DNA of 64,000 bases, from NCBI RefSeq assembly GCF_006345805.1, contig NC_043026.1, positions 11,532,001 to 11,596,000 on the forward strand. Direction: 5' to 3'. The position numbers and the translations under genes are program-made. Positions 49,947 to 62,520 of the stretch are shown one piece after another. This DNA is from Octopus sinensis. Its lineage: Eukaryota. The notes below the pieces were generated by a model. The model searched no databases and was not told the origin of the DNA. It worked only from the letters and a program-made list of their open reading frames with translations. Each line of letters starts with the position of its first letter. Positions within the stretch are counted from its first letter, which is position 1.

Positions 49947-51985
49947 TGATTGATTGATTGATTGATTGATTGATTCTAGTTTCAGCTTATGAGCTGTGGC
50001 CATGCTGGGGCACCGCCATTTGGTGTTGCTACTTGGTTTCACTTCATGGAGGCTTTCTAGCAACTGCTATTTGGTGCATGAGAGAGTTCGATGCAGCTGC
50101 CCTCATCTGCCCCTCCTGCCGTGAAGTTGGTTCATCTGGGACACCTGACAGGAAGAGATCCAGCTTCATTTTAAAGACATCTGTATCCACCCCATGCAGG
50201 TCTCTCAGGTTCTTCGGGAGGATATTGAAGAGCTGTGGGCCTCGGAAGCCCAGGCTATCACAGAATCTTGTCCTACATCTCGCGTCATCACTCATGTAAA
50301 TACCTAGGTCACGCACTGATTGTGCCTCTGGGATTGCTATTCCTCCGGGTCCTGTGTATTCATTGGGTATTGCATTTAGTTTTGCATGCTGATAGTATAG
50401 AGCTTGAAACTTTTCAGCATTGAACTGCATGCTATTCTTTTCGGCCCACTTGTATATTTCGTCCAGCTCATATTGCAGGTGCCTAGTGTCTTCAGGGTTC
50501 TGTATTGCCTGTGAAACTTTTGTATCATCTGCATAACTTGTGATCGTGGCTCTCTGCGTGGCTGAGGGCATGTCTGAGAGGGCCATTATGAACAGTAGTG
50601 GTCCCAGAACAGTGCCCTGCGGAACACCGCTCACTATTTGCGTGTTAATGGAAGTGGCCCCATTGGCCACTACCACCTAACTTCTATCTTTCAGAAAGTC
50701 ATGAAGCCATTCTCCCAGTTTTCCAACTATGTTGAGATCACGCAGTTTGTGACATATCATTCCATGATCGACTTTATCAAAGGCCTTTGCAAAGTCGAGA
50801 TATATCACTTCCACATTTGAGTGGTTGAGCAGCCGTTTCAGCACCCAGTCATAGTGTTGTAGGAGCTGAGTTAAACAGCTTCTCCCTGGTCGGAAACCAT
50901 GTTGGGTGTCGGGCAGCAAGTCATTCTCTTCAAGGAAGGTGATCAGCTTCCTTCTGACTATTCGTTCCATGACCTTGCTGATGTGTGAGGTCAGAGAGAT
51001 AGGTCTATAGTTCTTGGCTTCCGCTCTGCTACCTCCTTTATGAATGGGGCATATTTTACCTTCCTTCAGTTTTCTTGGAAGTTTGCCAGCTGCAAGGAAG
51101 CTCTGAAAGAGGAACTGCAGTGGTCTTGCTAGGACTCTCTTACATGCTTTTAGGAGGATTGCCGGGAATCCATCGGGGCCAGTAGCTGAGTCTGTTTTCA
51201 TTTCATCTATAGCCTTGATTACATCGTCTTCCTTTATATCGATGTAATCTATCGTCGCCGCCTCTGATTTTATATCTACAGTGGTAAAAAAGTCAGTTGG
51301 ATTGGTGATTTGGAGATGTCCAAGGGGTGGAGTGAAAACACTCTTGAATTGCTCATTCAGTATTTCACTTACCCTCATTGGTTTTCCTGTAAGTGTGCCA
51401 TCCTTTTCGAGGAGTGGCCCTATTCTACAGTGCACCGTAGCTGTTTCTTTGGCATACCTGTAGAAAGCTCTGGGGTTAGATTTTATGTTGTCTATAGCCC
51501 AGGCTTCTTTGTCTGCTCTTTCCTTTTCATGAGACATTTTTCGATTTCCAACAGTTTTATTTTTAGGCGGGACTTTTCACTGCTTTCAATCTGTTTGTTT
51601 AGGCGATTTGAAAATTTTGTACGCCGTCTCATTAAAATTTTCCTCTCTCTGGGGATTTTGTTCTTGTGTACAGTGGCCTTTCTCTCTGGGACACATTTGT
51701 AGCATATGGCTTGCATTACAGACATGAATTGTTGAAGTTTCACGTCGATGTCTGGCGAGGAGAGACATTTAGGCCAGTTTTGTTTGAGGATCTCTTTCTC
51801 AATTTGTTTCCAGTTTGCTTTATGGTAGTTCAAGATTCTGAGGGTTTCTTGTAGGCTGCATGTCCGTGCTCTCTTTTGGCCCGTACATGGTCAGCTCTAT
51901 CATGTTGTGATCCGAGAGTAGTGTCGGTGTCACTTTCACATTATGGATGAGATCCATGTCATTTGTGAAGCAGAGATCCAATATA
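49947..51985 (-). mobile_element. 5'-truncated, disrupted CR1/L2-like LINE (endonuclease end + RT + 3'UTR, (AATC)n tail)
   Basis: LDLCFTN...SDHN; ATGPDG; YRPISLTS; QHGFRPGRSC; YLDFAKAFDKV; SGVPQGTVLGPLLF; YADD; frameshift, in-frame TAG at 50677 and an internal deletion. Confidence 0.9.
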
Positions 51986-52319
51986 TATACAATATAAAAA
52001 AAACAAAAGAGCTAAGAAAAATAACTCAGCAACAAAGTGAATTTGGACAATAATAGGAAAAATAAAGTCATATTAAAAACAATATAAAATAAATTTGTCG
52101 TTTATTTAAACCATCATCATAGATTTGAATTTTCACATTGACATAGTTATTGTAGTATATGAATACCTATTTGTTTTGTTAAGTCAATCCTTGGAAAAAA
52201 TGATTTGCTAAAGATATGCTAATATGGTTTCTCCTTGTAAGAATAAGGCTTCTTGTATGATTTTATTTGTGTTATGTAATCATATATTGAGAGAACAATT
52301 TACCACATTGATATTATAT

Positions 52320-52963
52320 GTCGGTGGCACGTAAAAGACACCATTCGAGCATGATCGTTACCAGCATCACCTTACTGGCACCTGTGCCGGTGGCATTTGT
52401 AAAAGATTTGAGCAAGGTCATTGCCAGTACCGCCCGACTGGCCCCGTGCCAGTGGCACGTAAAAGCACCCACTACACTCTCGGAGTGGTTGGTGTTAGGA
52501 AGGGCATCCAGCTGTAGAAACTCTGTCAGATCAAGATTGAAGCCTGATGCAGCCATCTGGTTTGCCAGTCCTCAGTCAAATCGTCCAAGCCATGCTAGCA
52601 TGGAAAGCGGACATTAAATGATGATGATGAGGCCAGATCAAGATTGAAGCCTGGTGCAGCCATCTGGTTTGCCAGCCCTCAGTCATACGTCCAACCCATG
52701 CTAGCATGGAAAGCAGACGTTACATGATGATGATGATGATGAGGCCAGATCAAGATTGAAGCCTGGTGCAGCCATCTGGTTCGCCAGCCCTGTCATACAT
52801 CCAACCCATGCTGGCATGGAAAGAGGACGTTAAACTATGATGATGATGATGAGGCCAGATCAAGATTGAAGCCTGGTGCAGCCATCTGGTTCGCCAGCCC
52901 TCAGTCAAATCGTCCAACCCATGCTAGCATGGAAAGCAGACGTTAAACGATGATGATGATGAT
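52320..52963 (+). mobile_element. SINE family 3 with about 110-bp 3' end in four tandem copies
   Basis: CAGATCAAGATTGAAGCCTG...GATGATGATGA x4, abutting the ZNF-G stop. Confidence 0.85.
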
Positions 52964-52970
52964 GTGGTTA

Positions 52971-54563
52971 CTATCCCGTGTGGGTACGTTTGTGTTTAGT
53001 CAAAGTGCTCTTTACATAGAAAGATTTGCCACAGATGTCACAATGATATGGTTTCTCTCCTGTATGCATACGTTTGTGAATAATTATTTCACCATGTCGA
53101 AGGAATGATTTGCCACAGATATTACAGCAATGTGGTCTTTCTCCTGTATGTGTACGTTTGTGGTCAATTAGATGCTGATTTTGTGAGAATGAGTTGCCAC
53201 AGATGTCACAGTGATACGGTTTCTCTCCTGTGTGACTACGTTTGTGATAAGTGATGCCACTCCTAACCGCGAATGATTTACCACAAATATCACAACAATA
53301 AGGTTTCTCACCTGTGTGAATACGCAGGTGTATCTTTAAGTGACTACTTCCAGTGAATGATTTACCGCAAACCTCACAGTGATATGGTTTCTCTCCTGTA
53401 TGAATCCGTCTGTGTTCGGTTAGGTTAAGACTATCAGAGTATGATTTACCACAGATATCACACTTATATGGTTTTTCTCCTGTATGTACACGTCTGTGTT
53501 TAATTAAGCTGCCACTTACAGTGAATGATTTCCCACAAATATCACAGCAATAAGGTTTCTCTCCTGTGTGAATACGTGAGTGTCTCATGAAGCTACCACG
53601 TCCAGTAAATGATTTACCACAATCACCACAATGATATGGTTTCTCACCTGTATGAATGCGTTTGTGTTCAGTTAGGTGATAATTATCAAAGTACGATTTA
53701 CCACAGATATCACAATGATATGGCTTCTCACCTGTATGTATACGTTTATGCTTATTTAAGACATAATCAATAGAGAATGATTTACCACAGATATCACAGT
53801 GATATGGCTTTTCTTCTGTGCAAATATTCTTGTGTGAAATAAGTTCACTATTTTCAGAGAATGATTTATCACAGATGTTACAATAAAATGGCTTGTCTCC
53901 TGTGTGAATACGTTTGTGTTTAGTTAAGTGACGATTGAAAGAGAATGATTTACCACAGACATCACAGTGATATGGCTTCTCTCCTGTATGAATAACACGT
54001 TTGTGTTCAGTTAGATGTTGATTTTGAGAGAATGATCTACCACAGATATCACAGTGATATGGCTTCTCTCCTGTATGACTTCGAATATGATTAATTAGAT
54101 GCTGATTTTGAAGGAATGATTTGCCACAGATATTACAGTGATATGGTTTTTCTCCTGTATGAATACGCTTGTGTGTAGTTAAGTTACAACTTTCAAAGAA
54201 TGATTTACCACAGATATTACAACTAAATGGTTTCTGTTCCGTATGAATATATTTGTGTTTATTTAAGTAATGATTTTCAGAGAATGATTCACCACAGATA
54301 TCACAGTGATATGGTTTCTCTCCTCTATGAACAATACGTGTATGTCTGCTGAGACTAGACTTATGAAGGAATGATTTACCGCAGACATCACAGTTATGTG
54401 GTTTCTCTCCTGTATGAGTGTATTTGTGTGTTGTCAATTTATGACTTTCAGAGAAAAATTTCCCACAGATATCACAGTGGTGTGATGCTTTACTTTTCTC
54501 TTTATCCATGCCTCTATGCAAATCAATACTTTTCAATTGTATTTTATATCTAAACTTATTCAC
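52971..54563 (-). CDS. ZNF-G: C2H2 zinc-finger protein, 18 finger units; tandem paralog of F
   Basis: The ORF-track start is GTG; likely ATG at 54509; leader nearly identical to F. Confidence 0.9.
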   Translation of the reverse strand: MNKFRYKIQLKSIDLHRGMDKEKSKASHHCDICGKFFSESHKLTTHKYTHTGEKPHNCDVCGKSFLHKSSLSRHTRIVHRGEKPYHCDICGESFSENHYLNKHKYIHTEQKPFSCNICGKSFFESCNLTTHKRIHTGEKPYHCNICGKSFLQNQHLINHIRSHTGEKPYHCDICGRSFSQNQHLTEHKRVIHTGEKPYHCDVCGKSFSFNRHLTKHKRIHTGDKPFYCNICDKSFSENSELISHKNICTEEKPYHCDICGKSFSIDYVLNKHKRIHTGEKPYHCDICGKSYFDNYHLTEHKRIHTGEKPYHCGDCGKSFTGRGSFMRHSRIHTGEKPYCCDICGKSFTVSGSLIKHRRVHTGEKPYKCDICGKSYSDSLNLTEHRRIHTGEKPYHCEVCGKSFTGSSHLKIHLRIHTGEKPYCCDICGKSFAVRSGITYHKRSHTGEKPYHCDICGNSFSQNQHLIDHKRTHTGERPHCCNICGKSFLRHGEIIIHKRMHTGEKPYHCDICGKSFYVKSTLTKHKRTHTG

Positions 54564-56013
54564 ACATCATTCAACTTCCATTGTTTATTTTCTCTCTTGA
54601 CAATATAGAGATGTGTATCTTCTTTATGTTTCTATACTTCATTCCTATTAAATATTTCTTGTGAGTTTTGTCAATATATGGACTGAATTGTAAACTCCTT
54701 TTTTAATCTGTCCAAGTGTAATTCATATGCAAAGACGTCTTGTTTACATTCCAGACAGTCAACAAAAGAATTATTGCTATCAGTCTCAGTATACGAAAAA
54801 TATTTGCTTGTCGTTTGGTATAGATTTGTATAACTTCTTCCTTGAGAGTTTAAGATGTAAGAAAAACTTTTCGATGCCAATTGTTATTCTGAAATAGTAG
54901 AAAAACAACAGTATAAGATACAAGGGTTACTTAAAATAAATTATATGCAAACACCCTCCCTGCATATGAAAAAGACAGTTATTGGAATCTTTATTTATTT
55001 ATGTAATTTGTATTAATTTTTAAAATAAAAATGCCTACATTAAGAAAAGCACTTTCAACATTAAAAAAAATGTAAATTCTTAATGATATGCAATAAAAGA
55101 AAACTATGCATGAACCTCAGATGTTATACATGAAAGGTGAACACCATAAAATAAGCATTAATCCGGAGATATTGAATTCACCTCAAGAGACGTCATTGAT
55201 TGGTTGAAATTGCCGAAATGCAAGAAATTAAAGAACAAATAGCTTATAAACTACAGAATTTTCTCAATAAAGCCAAAAGAAAAAGATGTTTTATAAACAC
55301 ATTCTACCAGTATACGAAGTTTAAAAGTGATTAGTTGCAAAGAATTTATTTTTAAAATGTGCAGGTCAAAGCGAAAAGATCCAATAATTTTTTAAACAAA
55401 GTAAATAAAACACAAAGTAAGGATCGACTAGTCACGACTAGCTAGTGCGGATTCGAGTGTACGCGAACCGGGACCACTCTTCTGAAGTAGTACCTTATTT
55501 TCCATATTCTTAATCTCCATATTATTCCACGTAGATTGAAAAAAAAAATTTGGAAGTAAGTTAAAATTAAAAAATTTGTGGTGGGGAGGGGGGGGATTAA
55601 ACATTTTGAAAACATGGTCTTTGGTATTATTCGGAATCTCCGTCATCGAAAACATAGGAATCTGCTTCAAAGAGAAAAAGGTGGGTAAAAGGCGGTTTTT
55701 CCGTACAGGTGTACTTGTAAACATTAACCAAAATTTTTGTTGAAGGGAGTAAAGAAGTTTCGATTTGTTTCCTCATAACTTTATGAAAACTGGATATATT
55801 TTTTTTAACAAAGTTTTCTACAAATCTGTGTCTGATAGTAAAAAATGACGATTACAGAATTTGATGTGAAAACAAAATTTGGGATGGGGGTCACAAACCT
55901 CGATTTTGTTTCTTCATACGTTTTCCAGAAGTATGTTAATTATCACCACCCTTATTTTTCGTCCACATACCAAATTCCAAGAATACCGTAATGTACAATA
56001 TTTCAAAGGTTTT

Positions 56014-57223
56014 TATGTATACGTTTATGTTTATTTAGAACATAATCGATAGAGAATGATTTACCACTGATATGGCTTCTCTTCTGTGCAAATATTCTTG
56101 TGTGAAATAAGTTCACTATTTTCAGAGAATGATTTATCACAGATGTTACAATAAAATGGCTTGTCTCCTGTATGAATACGTCTGTGTTTAGTTAAGTGAC
56201 GATTGAAAGAGAATGATTTACCACAGATATCACAATGATATGGTCTCTCTCCTGTATGGATAATACGTTTGTGTTCAGTTAGATGTTGATTCTGAGAGAA
56301 TGATCTACCACAGATATCACAGTGATATGGCTTCTCTCCTGTATGACTTCGAATATGATTAATTAGATGATGATTTTGAAGTAATGATCTACCACAGATA
56401 TTACAGTGATATGGTTTTTCTCCTGTATGAATACGCTTGTGTGTAGTGAAGTTACAACTTTCAAAGAATGATTTACCACAGATATTACAACTAAATGGTT
56501 TCTGTTCTGTATGAATATATTTGTGTTTATTTAAGTAATGATTTTCAGAGAATGATTCACCACAGATATCACAATGATATGGCTTCTCTCCTGTATGAAT
56601 AACACGTTTGTGTTCAGTCAGGTGCTGATTTCGAGAAAAAGATTTGCCACAGATATCACAGTGAAATGGATTCTCCCCCATGTGAATTCGCATGTGAATA
56701 GTTAATTCACGACTCTTAGAGAATGAGTTGCTACAGATATCACAGTGATATGGTGTCTCTCCTGTGTGAATACGTTTGTGATTAGTTATGGTTCCACTCT
56801 GAGAGAATGATCTACCACAGATATCACAGTGATATGGTGTCTCTCCTGTGTGAATACGTTTGTGATTAGTTAAGGTTCCACTCTGAGAGAATGATCTACC
56901 ACAGATATCACAGTGATATGGTGTCTCTCCTGTGTGAATACGTTTGTGATTAGTTAAGGTTCCACTCTGAGAGAATGATCTACCACAGATATCACAGTGA
57001 TATGGTGTATCTCCTGTGTGAATACGTTTGTGATTAGTTAAGGTTCCACTCTGAGAGAATGATTCACCACAGACATCACAGTTATGTGGTTTCTCACCTC
57101 TATGAACAATACGTGTATGTCTGCTGAGACTAGACTTATGAAGGAATGATTTACCACAGACATCACAGTCATGTGGTTTCTCTCCTGTATGACTTCGAAT
57201 ATGATTAATTAGATGCTGATTTT
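56014..57223 (-). pseudogene. ZNF-H: orphan mosaic C2H2 array (13 fingers) inside the G intron
   Basis: Open frame 57221-56061 begins mid-helix after a TAA; an 11-nt deletion gives the stop at 56061; no leader. Confidence 0.75.
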
Positions 57224-57232
57224 ATTTTAAAA

Positions 57233-58215
57233 CTAGCAGTATCGCCCGGCGTTGCTCGGGTTTGTAAGGGAAATAACTATATAAGCATTTTTAGAGAGTT
57301 ATAGCCAAAAAATGGAAAAAAAGAAAATGGTAAATTTTTTTTTAAATCGTTGACTCATCGTAGACATTTTTAGAGAGTTACTTCCCATATATAATAGCGA
57401 AAAAATGCCTTAAAATGGAAAAAAATGATGGTAAATAATTTTTTTAAATCGTTGACTCATCGTAGACATTTTTAGAGAGTTACTTCCCATGTATAATAGC
57501 GAAAGAATGCAATAAAATGGAAAAAAATGATGGTAATTTTTTTTAAAATCGTAGACTCATCGTAGACGTGCGCTAATATCCAGAAGGGCTCGAGATGAAT
57601 CACGACTATAAGATACCCGGTTTTGGTTAAACTGCACCGCAAAATGTGGGAGTAGTTAGGAATCTAAATAGTAGGAGACAGACACACAACTTCACTTTTA
57701 TATATAAACTAGCAGTATCGCCCGGCGTTGCGCGGGTTTGTAAGGGAAATAACTATATAAGCATTTTTAGAGAGTTACTTCCCTTATAGATGCCAATTCG
57801 GGCTTTCTTGGCCATTTCTGTTTTGGTGTCTTCAAGCCATGAAGTCGTTGTTCTAAAAGAACGCTGGTCTCCTTGACAACGCTTTACGACGTTGATTTCC
57901 TTACACTCCCTTCCCCACAGCTTCACGAGGGAGGGAAGAAGGGGGAGAAGCAAACAGGTGCAGGTGTGACCATGGACGCCAACTCCACCGCCATCGACAC
58001 ACGAAAAATTATGCATTAAAATGGAATAAAAAATTATGTTAAATTATTTTAAAAATCGTAGACTCATCGTAGACGCGCGCTAATACCCAGAAGGGCTCGA
58101 TATGAATCAAGACTATAAGATACCCGAATTTGGTTAAACTGCACCGCAAAATGTGGGAGTAGTTATGAATCTAAATCGTAGGAGACAGACACAACCTTAC
58201 TTTTATATATAAAGA
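57233..58215 (-). mobile_element. Two head-to-tail Helitron-like elements (57233-57708, 57709-58215)
   Basis: Minus A|TCTTTATATATAAAAG start; CCCGAGCAACGCCGGG hairpin followed by GCTAG ends at 57233 and 57709. Confidence 0.75.
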
Positions 58216-58492
58216 TATCCATTGTTCATCCTTGTGCAGTTCTGTCTCAATCTGTTTAATTCATTGATTTTAGACAAAGCGGTGGAGGATAGAAAATGCA
58301 ATCGATGTCTCACAAGCAACATCAAAAGGTTTTAAATTATACACGACCAACTACTTTTACTAAATTAACTGTATTATTACAATCTTACCTGTTATGCTAC
58401 AGAAATCTGGATTTTAGTGAAACAGCTTCAATTACAACAAAGAAAGTAATTATACGACGCCATTTCACCGAAGTAGATTTTCACAACAGAAA

Positions 58493-58513
58493 TTATAAAA
58501 ATAGACTCGGAAA
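58493..58513 (-). promoter_or_regulatory. Conserved upstream motif of ZNF-G
   Basis: Minus TTTCCGAGTCTATTTTTATAA. Confidence 0.5.
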
Positions 58514-58831
58514 CACAAATGACGAAATACACTTTGTTTTATTTTTTAAGCTCCAAGGAAAGATACATAGGAATTATGTCTCAAACAATTAACTTGAAAT
58601 ATGCAAAGTGTCGTTGTTAAATGTATTGGAATTGTTAAAATTTTATTTCAAATAAAAAGAATAATGATTCAGTAAATTTCTGTAACTTCAATGGCTAATA
58701 ATAGATTTAGTACTGCGACGGAAGTTACAATATAATTTTATTTTGAATGTTTCTGGAGAAGAATAATGTATCAATCTTGATTTAAATGAATTCAAACAAT
58801 AAATGACGTATCATTCTCACTTTTACGTTTT

Positions 58832-59194
58832 GGCAACCTTTCGTCTCTAGTTGATTTCCGTAAAAAATTTTTTTTTTTTACATATGGGCTTGCGGGAACT
58901 TTTGAAGTAATATACATACATATACATATACACCGAGTAAAAAATTTCAGTTATCTCTTTCTTTCACACATTACTCTCTCTGTCTCTTCACACACACTAA
59001 CAGAAGCACTTCACTTACACAACATACTGTCTGTCTCCCACACCCCATCAAACACACACACACATGTACATCAATGCTTCACATGCACGGTAACTTCAAA
59101 AGAACTTCCCTCGTCATACAATCGCTTTCTCTTAGTCTCTTTCGCTCTCATTACTTCAAAAGTTCCCGCAAGCCCATAGAGACGAAAGATTGCC
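58832..59194. mobile_element. GGCGATC-TIR MITE
   Basis: Same family as 3370/19962, with deletions in the TIRs. Confidence 0.75.
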
Positions 59195-59520
59195 GTTTTT
59201 TTTTATCGTTTCGCTTTGGCCGACAGATTTTTAAAATAATTTCTTTGTAACTAAAACATTTTAAACTTCGTATACTGGTAGAATGTGTTTATAAAACATC
59301 TTTTTCTCTTGGCTTTCTTGAGAAAATTCTGTAGTTTGTAAGATATTTGTTGTTTATTTTCTTGCATTTCGGCAATTTCAACCAATCATTGATGTCTATT
59401 GAGGTGAAAACGATTTCTGCCGTAGTGTGTCAACAACATTTTCTGGCGGTGTCATATGAAAATAGTGTTCAGTAACTTTGTGTGTAACTCCTTGTTTTAA
59501 AAATTATCATTCTAAATAAA

Positions 59521-59921
59521 CTCTTTACTCTTTTACTTGTTTCAGTCATTTGACTGCGGCCATGCTGGAGCACCGCCTTTAGTCGAGCAAATCGACCCCG
59601 GGACTTATTCTTTGTAAGCCCAGTAATTATTCTATCGGTCTCTTTTGCCGAACCGCTAAGTGATGGGGACGTAAACACACCAGCATCGGTTGTCAGGCAA
59701 TGCTAGGGGGACAAACACAGACACACACACACATATATATATATATATACATATATACGACAGGCTTCTTTCAGTTTCCGTCTACCAAATCCACTCACAA
59801 GGCATTGGTTGGTCCGGGGCTATAGCAGAAGACACTTGCCCAAGATGCCACACAGTGGGACTGAACCCGGAACCATGTGGTTGGTTAGCAAGATACTTAC
59901 CACACAGCCACTCCTGCGCCT
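59521..59921 (-). mobile_element. SINE family 1
   Basis: Full match; absent from the paralogous C flank near 24055. Confidence 0.85.
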
Positions 59922-60397
59922 ATGAACTATCTCATTTTTTAAAAATTTTCCTTTGATTTAAAAGCAATACATCTTATAAAAACCGAAGATAGTAAAGTTA
60001 TAAGTATTTTTTCAATGTTTGAGTTAACTCATTTAAATCCAAATGAGCAAAAGTACATTTTAATTACTATAATAAAAAATAAAGGAAACAAGATAAAAAA
60101 AAACCTTTTATTGTAATTAACAGTGTATATAATTAAAAAAGGAAATAAAAAAATATGTTCTGAAATGAAACACCATATCAAAATAATTGATCCATTAAGG
60201 GATTAAATTACTCATTCTAGAGAAAGATTTATCACAGAGAAGCTATCACACTGATATGGAATCCCTCCTGTGTGAATGTATGTGTAGTTATGTAACTGTT
60301 TTGAGAGAATGATTTCCCTCAACTATGAATATATTTGTCTGGTTAAGTGACTTCCCGCAGAGAATGATTGACCACATATATCATCGTGATTTGGCTA

Positions 60398-61986
60398 CTA
60401 TCCTGTGTGAACGAGTTTGTGCTTGATTAACTGACCACTTTGGGGGAATGATTTGCCACAAATATCGCAGTGATAAGGTTTATCACCTGTGTGAATACGT
60501 ATGTGCATTGTTAAGTTCCAACTTTCAGAGAATGATTTGCCACAGGTGTCACAATGATATGGTTTCTCACCTGTATGACTTCGTTTGTGTTTAGTTAGGT
60601 GATAACTTTGAGCGAATGATTTGCCACAGATATCACAATGATATGGCTTTTCTCCTGTGTGTATACGTTTGTGTTTATTTAAGTTATAGTTATGAGAGAA
60701 TGGTTTACCACAGATATCACACTGATATGGTTTCTCTCCTGTATGAACACGTATGTGCTTAATTAAGCTGCTATTTGCAGAGAATGATTTTCCACAAATA
60801 TCACAACAATATGATTGCTCTCCTGTATGAATTTGTTTGTGTTTAATGAAGTAACTATTAACAGAGAATGATTTGCCACAGATATCACAGTGATATCCTT
60901 TCCTTCCTGTATGAATACGTCTGTGTTCAGTTAGATGATGATTTTGAGGGAATGACTTACCACAGATATCACACTGATATGGTTTCTCTCCTGTATGAAT
61001 ACGTTTGTGTTTAATTAAGTTGCTACTTCCAGCGAATGATTTACCACAGATGTCACAGTGATACGGCTTCTCTCCTGTATGCATGTGCTTGTGTGTCTTT
61101 AAGTTACCACTTCCAGAGAATGATCTGCCACAGATATCACACTGATATGGTTTCTCTCCTGTGTGAATACGTTTGTGTTTCACCAAGGAACTTTTTACAG
61201 AGAATGATTTGCCGCAGATATCACACTGATATGGTTTATGTTTCTCACTTGTATGACCTTGTTTGAGTTGAATAAAGCTGCTACCTGCAGAGAAGGGTTT
61301 ACCAGAAATGTCACAATATGGTTTCATTCCTGTATGAATACGTTTGTGACGAGTTAGGGTACCCTCTGAGAGAATGATTTGCCACAAATATTACAGCAAA
61401 ATGGTTTCTCTCCTGTGTGAATATGCTTATGAGAAATCAATCCACCGTTTTGAGAGAATGATCTGCCACAGATATCACACTGATATGGTTTCTCTCCTGT
61501 GTGAATACGTTTGTGCCTAGATAAGTTATTACTTCGTAAGAACGATCTGCCACAGATATCACAATGACATGATTTCTCTCCTGTGTGACTTCGTTTGTGT
61601 TCAGTTAGGTGATGACCTTGAGAAAATGATTTACCACAAATGTCACACTGATACGGTTTCTCTCCTGTATGATTAAGTTTGTGTTTTGTTAAGTTACCAC
61701 TTGCAGAGAAGGATTTACCACAAATATCACAGTGATATGGCTTCTCTCCTGTATGACTACGCTTGTGTATTCTTAAGCTACTATTTTTAAAGAATGATTT
61801 GCCACAGATATCACAATGATATGATTTCTCGCTTGTATGAATATATTTGTGTTTCATTAATTTATGACTTTCAGAGAAGAATTTCCCACAAACATCACAA
61901 TGGTGTGATGTTTTCCCTTTCTCTTTGTTCATGTTACTATGCAAACCAATTCTTTTAAACCGTGTTTTATATTTAAACTTATTCAC
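60398..61986 (-). pseudogene. ZNF-I: inverted paralog of ZNF-C, 18 finger units, 1-nt frameshift (or assembly error)
   Basis: ORFs 61354-61986 and 60398-61387; GGG at 61362-4 (minus) versus GGGG at 22715-8 in C. Confidence 0.8.
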
Positions 61987-62520
61987 ACATTATTCATCTT
62001 GCATTCTTTTTCTTTTCTCATGACAATATACAGATATTTATCTTCTTTACATTTCTATATTTCATTCCTTTTAAATATTTCTACTTCAGTGATTTTTGTC
62101 AATATCTGGATTGAGTTGTAAACTCTGTTTTAATTCAAATGCAATGTCACATTCTAGTCAACAAAAGAATTATTTCTATCAATCTCAGCATACAAAATAT
62201 ACAAGCTTGTAATTTGACATAGATTCATATAAGGAAATTTATATCTTTCCTGTCTAACATTTTCTTTTAGATTTTAAAATATGATAGATATTGCTGATGT
62301 ATACCATATATACAATTCTTTGGCGCCAATGTCTGAAATAGTAGAGAAACGACAGTGTAAGACACAGAGATCACTTGGAATACAACAGAATAAATTTTAG
62401 TACATTTTTAGAGATTTTTAGATCGTAGTTTGGAGAATAGTGAAGAATAAGCTCGTTTGTTTATCTTGTTATTAATTAAATCTGGGCAAAACTACAGATG
62501 CGTGCCTGCCAAATGCGTTA

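Larger units (their letters stand above)
54889..58388 (-). other. Predicted 5'UTR intron of ZNF-G (contains array H and Helitron-like elements)
   Basis: Minus CAG|GTAAG at 58389/8; TTTCAG| at 54889. Confidence 0.6.

Noticed and set aside
49947-51985. Active LINE or host RT gene
   Set aside because: 5'-truncated, frameshifted, with an in-frame stop and an internal deletion.
43588-54563. GTG/TTG start codons from the ORF track for B, D, E, F, G and I
   Set aside because: Artefact of prokaryote-style ORF calling; downstream conserved ATGs are more plausible (none precedes the first fingers of D).
61354-61387. Programmed ribosomal frameshift joining the two I ORFs
   Set aside because: No slippery heptamer; comparison with C shows a simple 1-nt loss in a G run.
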